Positions 16,634 through 25,463 of a stretch of 33,836 bases of DNA are shown here, one piece after another. The notes below the pieces were generated by a model. That model did not search any database. It saw nothing but the letters and a program-made list of their open reading frames with translations, and was not told the DNA's origin. The DNA is taken from NCBI GenBank assembly GCA_005878415.1, contig VBMM01000029.1, positions 1-33,836 on the forward strand. Reading direction: 5' to 3'. The position numbers and the translations under genes were made by a program. Source of the stretch: Methanobacteriota archaeon (GTDB lineage: Archaea; Thermoplasmatota; Thermoplasmata; RBG-16-68-12). Position 1 is the first letter of the stretch; each line of letters starts with the position of its first letter.

Positions 16634-19090
16634 ATGGCCAGCTACGATGTTCGGATCATCACGGCCTCCTACCGGCGGGAGCCCCGGGACGGCCCCGAGT
16701 CGGCCCAGCTGCCGGTCATCCAGGTGTTTGGGCGGACGAGGGAAGGGAAGAGCATCGCCATCGAGTATTCCGGATTCCAGCCATACTTCTTCGTGGTCGA
16801 GCCGTCGCACGCTCTCCGGGGAGCGTTCGGCAGGGATCCGCAGGTCGTCAAGCTCGAGGACGTGACCCTGCAGCTCGAAGGAAAGCCGACTCCGTGCGCA
16901 CGCGTCGTCCTCCGACAACCGTGGAAGACGCCGGAGTACCGCGAGAAGGCTCGGCGGTACGGCTCCACCCCCTTGGAGGCCGACATCCCGTTCCAACATC
17001 GGTTCATCTACGACATGGACCTCGGGGCGGCCGTCCGCGTCCACGGGACCGAGGTCGACCCCGCCGGACGATACACGACGGACCTGTTCCTCCGCGCGGA
17101 CCGCTTCGAGCCGTGCGAACCGTTCCGCCCGGCCCTCCGCGTCCTGAGCTTCGACATCGAGAACAGCATCCAGGACGGCCACATCTTCTGCATCGGCATT
17201 GCGTACCGGGACGCCGGTGCGATCAAGACGCTCATCCTGACGGGGAGCGAGCGGGAGATCGTCGAGGCGTTCGTCAAGCTCGTGCACGAGCTCGATCCCG
17301 ACATCATCTCCGGATACAACATCGACGGCTACGACCTGCCCGTCCTCGTCGAACGCGCCAAACAGGTCGGGATTCCGCGGCTCCAGCTCGCCCGCGACTT
17401 CTCGGACTTCTTCCACCTCGGTGAGAGGTTCTGGCGGGTCGACGGCCGCATCCTCACGGACGTGTGGTGGGCCGTGAAAGCGGAGCGGTTGAGCCTGCAC
17501 ATGAAGCAGGAGACCCTCGACTACGTGGCGCGCCAGCTGCTGGGCGAAGGGAAGCACGAGCTCTCGCGACGAAAGATCGACGGGGAGTGGGCGCGGGACC
17601 GCGACAAGGTGATCCGGTATTGCCTGAACGACGCCGACCTCTCGCTCCGCATCCTCGAGAAGATCGGCCGGATCGAGAAGACCTTGGACTTGGCGGCGGT
17701 GAGCAAGCTCCCGCTCGAGGACGTCCTGCACGGGCGCACGTCGAATCTGATTGACTCGATCCTGATCCGGGCCGCGGACCGCGCGGGCGTCGCGGTGCCG
17801 ATGATGAAGATGCGGGGAGGCCGCGTCGAGCAGATCGAAGGCGGGTACGTCCACAGCCTGCAGCCCGGGCTCTACGAGTGGGTGATCTCCCTCGACTTCC
17901 GCGCGATGTATCCGTCCCTCATCATGGAGAACAACATCTGCTTCACGACGGTCTCGCCCGCCGGCACGATCGCGAGCCCGACCGGTGCGAAGTTCCTGAG
18001 CGCCGACGTCAAGAAAGGGCTCCTCCCCGCGATCCTGTCGCGGCTCATGAACGACCGCCAGGACGTGCGGACGAAGATGAAAGAGACGTCCGACCCGGAG
18101 ATGCGAGAGTTCTACGAAGGCCTGCAGGCCGCGATCAAGATCCTCATGAACGCCTTCTATGGCGTCCTCGCCTCGTCGTTCTACCGGTTCAACGATCCGA
18201 AGGTCGGGGCCTCGATCACCGCGTTCGCGCGGGAGCGGATCAAGGGCATCATCGGGGAGCTCGAGGCGGATGCGGTGAAAGTCGTCTACGCCGACACCGA
18301 TTCCGTCTTCTTCCAATCCCCTTCCCCGGGACTCGACGCGTCGCTCGAGTTCGCACGGAAGACGGCCGAGCGGTTCTCTCGCGGTCGGATCGCGATGGAA
18401 GTCGACAAGATCTACGAGACCTTGTTCAGCCACGGACGGAAGAAGCGGTATGCGGGCAAGGTCGCATGGCCGACCGAAATGCGCGATCAACTCATGGTAC
18501 GCGGATACGAGATCCGCCGAACGGACGCGTTCGACCTGCAGAGCGAGGCGCAACAACGCGTGTTCGAGAAGATCCTCGACCGCGACCAGGATGGATCGAC
18601 CGCCCTGGCGAAGCAAATCGTCGCCGAAGTCCGCGCGGGTACCCCGACCCTGCAGGACGCGGAGCGGGACCCGATTGAGGCCCTGGTCATCTCCCGGACC
18701 GTGAAGGAGGAGAACCAGTACGTGAACCCGGATTCGATGAGCAACGTGATCGCCGCCCGCAAGCTCGAGGAGATGGGGGAGGAGTTCATGCCCGGGATGA
18801 AAGTCTCGTGGATCGTGACGGACTCCAAGAAGAGCCCTATGGAGGTGGAGCCCTACGTGTCCGGGCGGCCGTTCGAGCAACGGCCCGACTGGGAATACTA
18901 CGCCCGCCGCGTCGCGCAGACCCTCGCCTACATCACGGAGGTGTATGGGTGGGATGAGAAGGCGCTGTTGACGGGCACGCAGCCGGCCCAACAGAAGTCC
19001 CTGTTCAGCGATGACTTCGGCGAGGCGACGCCGGCCGAACACGGCGGCCGGAAGGCGGAGAAGAAGCTCACGCTCGAAGATTTCTTCTGA
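16634..19090 (+). CDS. polB: Family B DNA polymerase with 3'-5' exonuclease
   Basis: ExoI FDIEN, ExoII GYNIDGYDL, ExoIII YCLNDA; polymerase motifs DFRAMYPS, KILMNAFYG, YADTDS, KKRYAG, RGYE.RR.D; no intein; 818 aa from ATG 16634. Confidence 0.96.
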   Translation: MASYDVRIITASYRREPRDGPESAQLPVIQVFGRTREGKSIAIEYSGFQPYFFVVEPSHALRGAFGRDPQVVKLEDVTLQLEGKPTPCARVVLRQPWKTPEYREKARRYGSTPLEADIPFQHRFIYDMDLGAAVRVHGTEVDPAGRYTTDLFLRADRFEPCEPFRPALRVLSFDIENSIQDGHIFCIGIAYRDAGAIKTLILTGSEREIVEAFVKLVHELDPDIISGYNIDGYDLPVLVERAKQVGIPRLQLARDFSDFFHLGERFWRVDGRILTDVWWAVKAERLSLHMKQETLDYVARQLLGEGKHELSRRKIDGEWARDRDKVIRYCLNDADLSLRILEKIGRIEKTLDLAAVSKLPLEDVLHGRTSNLIDSILIRAADRAGVAVPMMKMRGGRVEQIEGGYVHSLQPGLYEWVISLDFRAMYPSLIMENNICFTTVSPAGTIASPTGAKFLSADVKKGLLPAILSRLMNDRQDVRTKMKETSDPEMREFYEGLQAAIKILMNAFYGVLASSFYRFNDPKVGASITAFARERIKGIIGELEADAVKVVYADTDSVFFQSPSPGLDASLEFARKTAERFSRGRIAMEVDKIYETLFSHGRKKRYAGKVAWPTEMRDQLMVRGYEIRRTDAFDLQSEAQQRVFEKILDRDQDGSTALAKQIVAEVRAGTPTLQDAERDPIEALVISRTVKEENQYVNPDSMSNVIAARKLEEMGEEFMPGMKVSWIVTDSKKSPMEVEPYVSGRPFEQRPDWEYYARRVAQTLAYITEVYGWDEKALLTGTQPAQQKSLFSDDFGEATPAEHGGRKAEKKLTLEDFF

Positions 19091-19098
19091 GGTGCCCG

Positions 19099-19257
19099 AT
19101 GCCGGTGACCGACGCCGTGTGCCGATTCTGCGGCTGGGAAGGCGCGAACCCGGTGCGCGACGCACACGAGAGCCTCTTCTGTCCGGAGTGCGGCCGGCCC
19201 GCGGACTACAAGGTCGTGGTCGACGAGCTGAAGCGACAAGGCCTCTGGAAGGCGTGA
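19099..19257 (+). CDS. Small CPxCG-type zinc-finger protein (52 aa; not in the supplied ORF track)
   Basis: MPVTDAVCRFCGWEGANPVRDAHESLFCPECGRPADYKVVVDELKRQGLWKA*. GAGGTG RBS; fills the polB-pfkB gap with 8-nt and 3-nt spacers. Confidence 0.8.
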   Translation: MPVTDAVCRFCGWEGANPVRDAHESLFCPECGRPADYKVVVDELKRQGLWKA

Positions 19258-19260
19258 CGC

Positions 19261-20211
19261 ATGGCGCGGAGGCAGCCGCGCGTCGTCGCGGTCGGCGACG
19301 CGATCGTGGACCTCGTCACGCCGCCGCTCCCTCCGATCCCGCCCGGCGACTTCCAAGGACACGTGCCCGGCGTAGACGCGCTGCCGGGAGGGAACGCCAC
19401 GAACTTCGCCCTCGCGATCGCGAGCCTCGGCGCCCGCACGAGTTTCGTGGGGGCGATCGGGGTCGATCCGAACGGTGCGGTCCTGCGGGACGCATACCGT
19501 CGCCACGGCGTTCGGGCGATCCTGCGGGTGGACCCGCGTCGTCCGACGGGGGCGACGATGGCCCTCACTTGGTCTGCGGGCGGACGGGCGCTCATCACGG
19601 CGCTCGGGGCCAACGCCAGCCTCGTCCTGCGCGACGTGCCTTCCCGGTTGCTCGAAGGTTCGGACCACCTGCATCGTTCCGGTTTCTGGTGGACGCAACG
19701 CCTGATCGGGCGACCGACCTCCCTCCTCCTTGCGCGCGCCCGGCGGCGGGGATTGACGACGTCCCTCGACGTCTCGACCGACCCGCACGGTTGGCCGGAA
19801 GACCGCATCGCGGCGGTCCGCGCCTGCCTCCCGAACGTGACGACGTTCTTCGGGAGCGAGGTCGAGGTATGCGCGGTCGCCGGCCGGTCGTCCCCGATCG
19901 AGGCCGCGGAGCATCTCCGTTCCCTTGGACCTGAGGAGGTCGTCGTCCACCAGGCGGACCGAGGCGCGACCGTCGTGCACCGGTCCGGCCGCAGTACGTC
20001 GGCCGCGTTCTCCGTGCCCATCGACAACCCGACGGGCTGCGGCGATGTCTTCAACGCCGCGTACGTCTACGCGCGACTCGGCGGCGCCGACCTCCCTGAC
20101 GCCCTTCGGTTCGGCAACGCCGCCGCGGCCCTCCACCTCCGAGACCGGCGTCGCCCGTATCCGTCCGACGCGGCGGTCCGCCGGCTCGCGCGCACATCCA
20201 CTCGCCCCTAG
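19261..20211 (+). CDS. PfkB/ribokinase family carbohydrate kinase
   Basis: VGDAIVD, PGGNATNFALAIASLG, VGAIGVD, C-terminal signature NPTGCGDVFNAA. Confidence 0.9.
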   Translation: MARRQPRVVAVGDAIVDLVTPPLPPIPPGDFQGHVPGVDALPGGNATNFALAIASLGARTSFVGAIGVDPNGAVLRDAYRRHGVRAILRVDPRRPTGATMALTWSAGGRALITALGANASLVLRDVPSRLLEGSDHLHRSGFWWTQRLIGRPTSLLLARARRRGLTTSLDVSTDPHGWPEDRIAAVRACLPNVTTFFGSEVEVCAVAGRSSPIEAAEHLRSLGPEEVVVHQADRGATVVHRSGRSTSAAFSVPIDNPTGCGDVFNAAYVYARLGGADLPDALRFGNAAAALHLRDRRRPYPSDAAVRRLARTSTRP

Positions 20212-20336
20212 GCAGATTTTCACTTTCGCGCATCTCCCTCCGGAAGCCCGGTTCATATGGACGGGGGACGTAGGTGGACGTCGTGGCCCTCGCTTCATCC
20301 CCCGCGCATCCATCCCTGCTCCCCGAGGCGTGGGCC

Positions 20337-21032
20337 ATGCTCGGGCGGACCGATCTGGAGGCGTATACGTGCTGGGACTTCCCGAGCCAGTCCGACGGCC
20401 ATCCCGGAGCGGGCGACGCTTCGTTCAACGGTGTCACCCCGGCTCGATGCGCCGAAAACCTCGTACGCCGCTACAGCCGGCCCGGGGACCTGGTCGTGGA
20501 CCAGATGGCGGGTTCCCGCACGATCGGCGATGTTGCCCGCGCCCTGGGACGGCGTGCGGTCTCGCTCGACCTCTCCCCACGCCGCCCGGGGATCGTCCGG
20601 GCCGACGCCCGCGCCTGGCCCCTTCGGGCCGAGTCCGCGACCCTGGTTGTGGTCGACTCGCCCTACTCCGACAACATCGTCTACAGCCGCGATCCCCGAT
20701 GCCTGGGGCGGATCTCGTGTCGGGATCCGCGATTCATCGCGGAGATGTCCCGCGTCGCCCGCGAGGCCGGCCGGGTGCTGCGCCGTGGCGGCGTCCTCGC
20801 TTGGATCATCGCGGACGAGTACCGCGGCGGCGTCTACACGCCGGTCGGATTCCGCCTGCTCTCCGCGCTCGAGCGGGAGTTCGAGATCCTCGATACGATC
20901 GCCTTGGTCCGCCACCACGACCGCTCGGCGTCGCCGATGTGGGAGCACCGTGCCCGGCGATTCAACTTCTTCCTCCGGGGCTTCAAGTTCCTCCTGATCG
21001 TGCGGAAACCCGTTGGGGATCGGGGAGGGTGA
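20337..21032 (+). CDS. Orphan SAM-dependent amino (N4-C/N6-A) DNA-methyltransferase-like protein with permuted motif order and degenerate motif I
   Basis: GVTP...LVRRYSRPGDLVVDQMAGSRT (motifs X/I), ADAR, DSPY (motif IV), RVLRRGG. Start is ATG 20337 or GTG 20274. Confidence 0.8.
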   Translation: MLGRTDLEAYTCWDFPSQSDGHPGAGDASFNGVTPARCAENLVRRYSRPGDLVVDQMAGSRTIGDVARALGRRAVSLDLSPRRPGIVRADARAWPLRAESATLVVVDSPYSDNIVYSRDPRCLGRISCRDPRFIAEMSRVAREAGRVLRRGGVLAWIIADEYRGGVYTPVGFRLLSALEREFEILDTIALVRHHDRSASPMWEHRARRFNFFLRGFKFLLIVRKPVGDRGG

Positions 21033-21035
21033 CGT

Positions 21036-21452
21036 ATGGAGACGGCCATCGATCGGACGAGTGACGCGTCGAGGGAGATCGTCGAGGCGCTGCGACGGCG
21101 CTTGCGGGTCGCCGCCGCCCGGCATGAGGACCGGGTCGACGAGCACGTGAGCCGCTACTGGATCGCCTGGCGGAGCCGCAACCGGGACCGCGTCTTCGCG
21201 GAGATCCGGCCGCTCCGGAAGCGGGTCGAGGTGTTCATCCTGCCGGGTCCCCGCGAGCTCCGTGGCGGGGCGGGCCTCGCGCGCCATGCGCCGAGGACCC
21301 AGGGGTGGGGCTGGTTCCGCACCCGGTTCGACGTTCGGTCGATGGGCGAGGTCGATTCCGCGGCGCGGCTCATCCTGCAGTCGTACTTGCACGGCGTCCG
21401 CCGGTCGCGAGGGAACGGCCGGCGAAGGGTCCGTCGCAGGCAAGGGCTTTAA
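21036..21452 (+). CDS. DUF5655-like small basic protein
   Basis: YWIAWR...[16 protein letters not shown]...GWG...[10 protein letters not shown]...LILQSY pattern. GGAGGGTGA RBS overlaps the MTase stop. Confidence 0.6.
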   Translation: METAIDRTSDASREIVEALRRRLRVAAARHEDRVDEHVSRYWIAWRSRNRDRVFAEIRPLRKRVEVFILPGPRELRGGAGLARHAPRTQGWGWFRTRFDVRSMGEVDSAARLILQSYLHGVRRSRGNGRRRVRRRQGL

Positions 21453-21454
21453 TA
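21448..21454 (+). promoter_or_regulatory. Putative TATA box for rpl15e
   Basis: TTTAATA preceded by purine-rich CAAGGG, about 90 nt upstream of the start codon. Confidence 0.6.
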
Positions 21455-21486
21455 CCGTCCGCTCCTTGGCGCGGCGCTTTCGACGT

Positions 21487-21536
21487 CCCTGGTCCGGGAG
21501 ATGTACCTTCGGGCGAATCCGAAAATCCAGGGGGTG
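21487..21536 (+). promoter_or_regulatory. Candidate structured ribosomal-protein leader (eL15 leader-like)
   Basis: Outer stem CCCUGG(21487-92)/CCAGGG(21527-32) overlaps the GGGGGUG RBS. Inner GGA..CC-UUCG-GG..UCC hairpin with a purine-rich internal loop. Confidence 0.5.
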
Positions 21537-21541
21537 TGGCC

Positions 21542-22204
21542 GTGGCCGAAGAACCGAGCGCTCCGGGACCGGAGCTTGCGATTGCCGGCGAGGAAGGGGA
21601 GAAGGCCCCCGCGCGTCCGAGGAATCTGTACGCCTTCGTCAAGCGGGCGTGGAAGAATCCGCAGAGCGGGGTCGTCGAGGAAACGCATTTTGCACGCATG
21701 GTCGAGTGGCGGCGCGGCGCCGCATTCGCCCGTATCGAGCGGCCCACGCGGATCGACCGGGCACGGGAACTCGGGTACCGCGCGAAGCAAGGCTACGTCG
21801 TCGTCCGCGCGCGGGTCCGCCGCGGCGGTCGGCGCCGGCCGAAGCCGATGGGCGGGCGTCATCCGAAGCGACGTGGCCTCCGGAAGATCACCATGGCCAA
21901 GTCAATCCAGCGGATTGCCGAGGAACGGACCGCGAAGCACTACCCGAACCTCGAAGTCCTCAACTCGTACTGGGTGGGCGAGGACGGCCGCCACAAGTAC
22001 TACGAGGTGATCCTCGTCGACCCGCAGCATCCCGCGATTCGCGCGGATCCGAAGATCAACTGGATCTGCGAACCCGCGAACCGCGGCCGTGTGTTCCGCG
22101 GGCTGACGTCCGCCGGGAAGAAGGGACGCGGCCTCTCGTACAAGGGGAAAGGCGTCGAGAAGGTCCGGCCGAGCATCGGCCGGCACGAGCGAAAGGGCAA
22201 GTGA
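21542..22204 (+). CDS. rpl15e: 50S ribosomal protein L15e
   Basis: [70 protein letters not shown]. Start GTG 21542 (or 21536), with an acidic N-terminal extension. Confidence 0.96.
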   Translation: MAEEPSAPGPELAIAGEEGEKAPARPRNLYAFVKRAWKNPQSGVVEETHFARMVEWRRGAAFARIERPTRIDRARELGYRAKQGYVVVRARVRRGGRRRPKPMGGRHPKRRGLRKITMAKSIQRIAEERTAKHYPNLEVLNSYWVGEDGRHKYYEVILVDPQHPAIRADPKINWICEPANRGRVFRGLTSAGKKGRGLSYKGKGVEKVRPSIGRHERKGK

Positions 22205-22963
22205 TTACGCGGTTCGGATCCGCGTCGCGAGTCCGTCGATTTCGTCCTGGGAAAGCCCGATCACCGGCTCGAATACCGGGACCGGGAGGGGCGGCCGGCC
22301 GCCCGGTTCGAACGACGACCAACGGGTCCCCAGGAACAGGGCGTCCGCGCGGGCGATCCTGACGAGGTCCGCAAGGCCGTCCGTCGTGGGGAGGTCGAGT
22401 ACCTTCAATCGGACGTCCCACCTCCGGAGAGGGCCGACGAACGAGCCGTCCTCGGGCGCGGCAATCGTGACGTGGCAACCGCGTTTCATGCCCATCCAGC
22501 CGCGGTTCCGACGCACCTCGATATGAATCTCGACGTCGGGGCGGTTCAGGTTCACACGGCTTCCGGGAACCGACCGGCGGACGTCGTCCCCGAGAATTCT
22601 CGCGAGGTCCTGGCTCGTGAACGGATGCGTGCCGACACGGCGCGTGCGCAGCGCGAACGTCTGGCCGGATCCGAGGGAGAGGGCCGCTTCCCCGAGGACG
22701 CCTTCTCGGAGCGACTCGAGGGTCGCCTTTGTCTCGAGGGCCGGGCTCACGGACACGACGCCGAAGACCCGAGCGAGGATCCCTCGGGCCCGGGCGATGT
22801 CATCCACGTGGACGTAGACTCGCGCCTCATCGGCCTCCGTGATGCACTCGACCCCTTCCGCGGCGAAGAGGTCCTGGATGTTCGCCACGAGTCGGTCGCG
22901 AAGCTGGCGTCGGACGAATCGACTCTTCAGAGCAAGCTCCCCGAACCGAACGAGCAGGACCAC
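22205..22963 (-). CDS. ThiI-like THUMP-domain protein lacking the PP-loop segment (probable in-frame internal deletion)
   Basis: VRFGELALKS, RVFGVVSVSP and THUMP (TFALRTRRVG.H.FTSQDL..VNL.RPDVEIHIEVR) join directly to WMGMKRGC, with no GPGGLP/SGGxDS region. Confidence 0.8.
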   Translation of the reverse strand: MVLLVRFGELALKSRFVRRQLRDRLVANIQDLFAAEGVECITEADEARVYVHVDDIARARGILARVFGVVSVSPALETKATLESLREGVLGEAALSLGSGQTFALRTRRVGTHPFTSQDLARILGDDVRRSVPGSRVNLNRPDVEIHIEVRRNRGWMGMKRGCHVTIAAPEDGSFVGPLRRWDVRLKVLDLPTTDGLADLVRIARADALFLGTRWSSFEPGGRPPLPVPVFEPVIGLSQDEIDGLATRIRTA

Positions 22964-22995
22964 GTCGCTCCGACCGCCGCTCCCGATAACCGCGT

Positions 22996-23008
22996 TAGTA
23001 ATTAATAC
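22996..23008. promoter_or_regulatory. Bidirectional AT-rich promoter element between thiI-like and tauE
   Basis: TAGTAATTAATAC within a 65-nt divergent spacer, about 25 nt from GTG 23029 and about 35 nt from GTG 22963. Confidence 0.5.
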
Positions 23009-23028
23009 GGCCCTGGCTTTCGCGCGCC

Positions 23029-23838
23029 GTGGACGCGCTTCTCCTGATGGTACAGGCCGTCCTGCTCTTTGCGGTCGCCTTCATCTACGCGAACCTCGGG
23101 CTCGGCGGGGGCCTGCTTTTCGTCCCGATCCTCCTCTCGACCGGGGTCACCCGGAGCGACGTGGCGGTCCCGATCTCCCTGACGTTCACCATCGCAACAG
23201 CCGCATCTTCCGTCATCAACCACCACCGGAAGGGTCTCGTGGACTTCCGCCTCGGCGGCACGCTCGTGATGGGCGCCCTGCTCGGCGCGGTCCTCGGGAC
23301 GCTCTTCACGCTGCTGTTCCTCGTGGACGACCGAGCGTTCAAGTCCTTTTTCACGGTCGTCCTCCTAATCTTCGGCGCGTACATGCTCTCGGACTGGGTG
23401 AAGAACGCGCGGGACGTGGACGGGGACGACGACTCGAAGATGACGCCTCCGCGAAAAACGAGCGTGGCGGCCGCCACCGTGGGCTCGGGCTTTCTCTCCG
23501 GGAGCATGGGGATTGGCGGAGGCCTGTTGAATGTCCCGCTCATGGTGTACGGCCTCGGCCGACGCACGCGGAAGGCGATCGGCACGTCATCCCTCCTCAT
23601 CATTCCGACCGCGGCCGTGGGCTTCACGACATACGTCGCGAATCTCGCGTTCCGCCCGGGGGGATTCGCATGGCCCGCGGACTTCGTCCTCATCCTCCTC
23701 TTCTTCCCGGTCGTGTTCGTCGGGGCGTACATCGGGTCGCGGTGGGGTCTAGGAGCTCTCCGGACTCGACCGGTCGCCCTGATCTTCATCCTCGTGTTGT
23801 TCCTCGCGGCCGGGAAGCTCCTCCTCGATTTGCTCTGA
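23029..23838 (+). CDS. TauE/SafE (TSUP) family sulfite exporter / sulfur-compound permease
   Basis: Duplicated motif GLGGGLLFVPIL / GIGGGLLNVPLM, AIGTSSLLI; about 8 TM helices. Confidence 0.9.
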   Translation: MDALLLMVQAVLLFAVAFIYANLGLGGGLLFVPILLSTGVTRSDVAVPISLTFTIATAASSVINHHRKGLVDFRLGGTLVMGALLGAVLGTLFTLLFLVDDRAFKSFFTVVLLIFGAYMLSDWVKNARDVDGDDDSKMTPPRKTSVAAATVGSGFLSGSMGIGGGLLNVPLMVYGLGRRTRKAIGTSSLLIIPTAAVGFTTYVANLAFRPGGFAWPADFVLILLFFPVVFVGAYIGSRWGLGALRTRPVALIFILVLFLAAGKLLLDLL

Positions 23839-23869
23839 TCCCGAATCGCGGACGCGGGCCGTCCACGGG

Positions 23870-24706
23870 TCACCGGGCGGTGAGCAGGCCCCAGCGCCGA
23901 CTCACCCATTCCTGCGAACGGGAGAAGACCACCCGGTCTACCAGGACCCCGAGGACCAGAATGACGAACATGACCGCGATCACCTGCGCGATGTTCGGCG
24001 CCTCGCTCGCGCTTTCGACCAAGAACCCGAGGCCGACCGTCGCGAAGATGACCTCCGCTCCGACGAGGGATCGCCAGGCGAACGACCAACCGACCTTCGC
24101 GGAGGAGATCAGGTGCGGGAGCGTCGCCGGGACGGTCACCCGCAGGATCAGATCCATTCCGTCGCATCCCATATTGCGGGCCGCCTTGAGGTATATTGGC
24201 GGCACCGTTCGCAAGGCGTCCGCGACCGACACGGTGACGGCGAACAGCGAGCCGATGATCGTGACGAAGAGGAGGGATGCCTCCGAGAAGCCGAACCAGA
24301 CGATGCTCAATGGGACCCATGCGATCGACGGGAACGTCTGAAGCCCAAGGACGTACGGCTGGATTCCCTTCCCGAAGGTGGAGAAATGGACCATGAGCAG
24401 GGCGAGGATCGAGCCGAGGACTAGGGACAACATGAATCCAACGGCGAGTCGAGAGAGCGTCGCCCCGACCGACCGAATAAGCGCCGCGCGGTTCCAGAGG
24501 TTGACCAAGGCAGCGCCCACATCCGCCGGGCCTGGGAACAGATACCCGTACTCTTCCGGGAAGAACAGGTGCAGGCGGACCACGACCTCCCAGATTGCGA
24601 GGAATCCGACCGCGACGAGTATCATGGGGATCAGATGCACGAAGTCCCGTGATCGCCGCCGCTTCTCCGCGGCGGGCGGGGCTACAGGGGGTGTTGGTCC
24701 GCCCAC
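23870..24706 (-). CDS. ABC transporter permease, SsuC/TauC/NitT family
   Basis: FPGP, LQTFPSIAWVPL, WFG, EAA-like KAARNMG, PATLP, WSFAWRSLVGAE. Confidence 0.92.
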   Translation of the reverse strand: MGGPTPPVAPPAAEKRRRSRDFVHLIPMILVAVGFLAIWEVVVRLHLFFPEEYGYLFPGPADVGAALVNLWNRAALIRSVGATLSRLAVGFMLSLVLGSILALLMVHFSTFGKGIQPYVLGLQTFPSIAWVPLSIVWFGFSEASLLFVTIIGSLFAVTVSVADALRTVPPIYLKAARNMGCDGMDLILRVTVPATLPHLISSAKVGWSFAWRSLVGAEVIFATVGLGFLVESASEAPNIAQVIAVMFVILVLGVLVDRVVFSRSQEWVSRRWGLLTAR

Positions 24707-25461
24707 GTGACCTCCGCCTTGAGAATTTCGTTGGCCTTCCGGATTTGTTCCAAGACCGTGGGGTCGTTCTGCGTCCTCGGCCTCGGCGCGTCGTTCGTCA
24801 GGACTGTGCTGACGGTTCCAGGCCGATGCGAGAGGACGACAATCCGATCGCCCAAGACGGCGGCTTCCCGGACGTCGTGGGTGACGAAGAGCGTAGTCGT
24901 CGCGTTCCGCAGCCAGAGGTCTTGCACGACCACTTGCATCTCCTCGCGAATCTGCACGTCCAAGGCCGCGAACGGCTCGTCCATGAGCAGGACTCTCGGT
25001 CGTAAGACAAGCGCGCGCGCGAGCCCGACCCGCTGCTTCATCCCTCCCGAGAGCTCATGGATCCGGGCGTGAGTGAAGTTCTCGAGCTGCACCATCTTGA
25101 TGAATTCCGCGACTCGCGCCTGCCTCTCGTTTCGAGGGACCCCCGCCACCTTCAACCCGAACTGGACGTTCGCCTGGACGTCGAGCCACGGGAAGAGGGC
25201 GGCTTCCTGGAAGACGACGACGCGATCCGCCCCGGGGCCGTCGACTCGCATTCCGTCCATCTCGACCCACCCCGTCGTGGGTTCCTCGAGGCCCGCGACG
25301 AGGCTGAGGAGCGTCGACTTCCCGCATCCGGACGGGCCGACGATTGTGACGAACTCGGCGCCTCCCACCTCGAGGTTGACGTCGCGCAAAGCCTGCACGG
25401 CTCCCGTCTTCCCTCCGAACGTCTTCCCTAAGGAGACGATTTTCAGCGCGGCGCCTTTCAT
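24682..25461 (-). CDS. ABC transporter ATP-binding protein, SsuB/TauB family
   Basis: Walker A GPSGCGKST, VFQEAALFPW, LSGGMKQR, LLMDEPF, FVTHD. ATG at 25461. Confidence 0.95.
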   Translation of the reverse strand: MKGAALKIVSLGKTFGGKTGAVQALRDVNLEVGGAEFVTIVGPSGCGKSTLLSLVAGLEEPTTGWVEMDGMRVDGPGADRVVVFQEAALFPWLDVQANVQFGLKVAGVPRNERQARVAEFIKMVQLENFTHARIHELSGGMKQRVGLARALVLRPRVLLMDEPFAALDVQIREEMQVVVQDLWLRNATTTLFVTHDVREAAVLGDRIVVLSHRPGTVSTVLTNDAPRPRTQNDPTVLEQIRKANEILKAEVTWADQHPL

Positions 25462-25463
25462 CC

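Noticed and set aside
16610..19165. 851-aa ORF antisense to polB
   Set aside because: Mirror-frame shadow of a GC-biased coding strand; no recognisable motifs; fully overlaps a confident gene.
20274..21452. Complete restriction-modification or defence island
   Set aside because: No nuclease catalytic motif, specificity subunit, integrase or compositional shift is evident; the pair is embedded among housekeeping genes.
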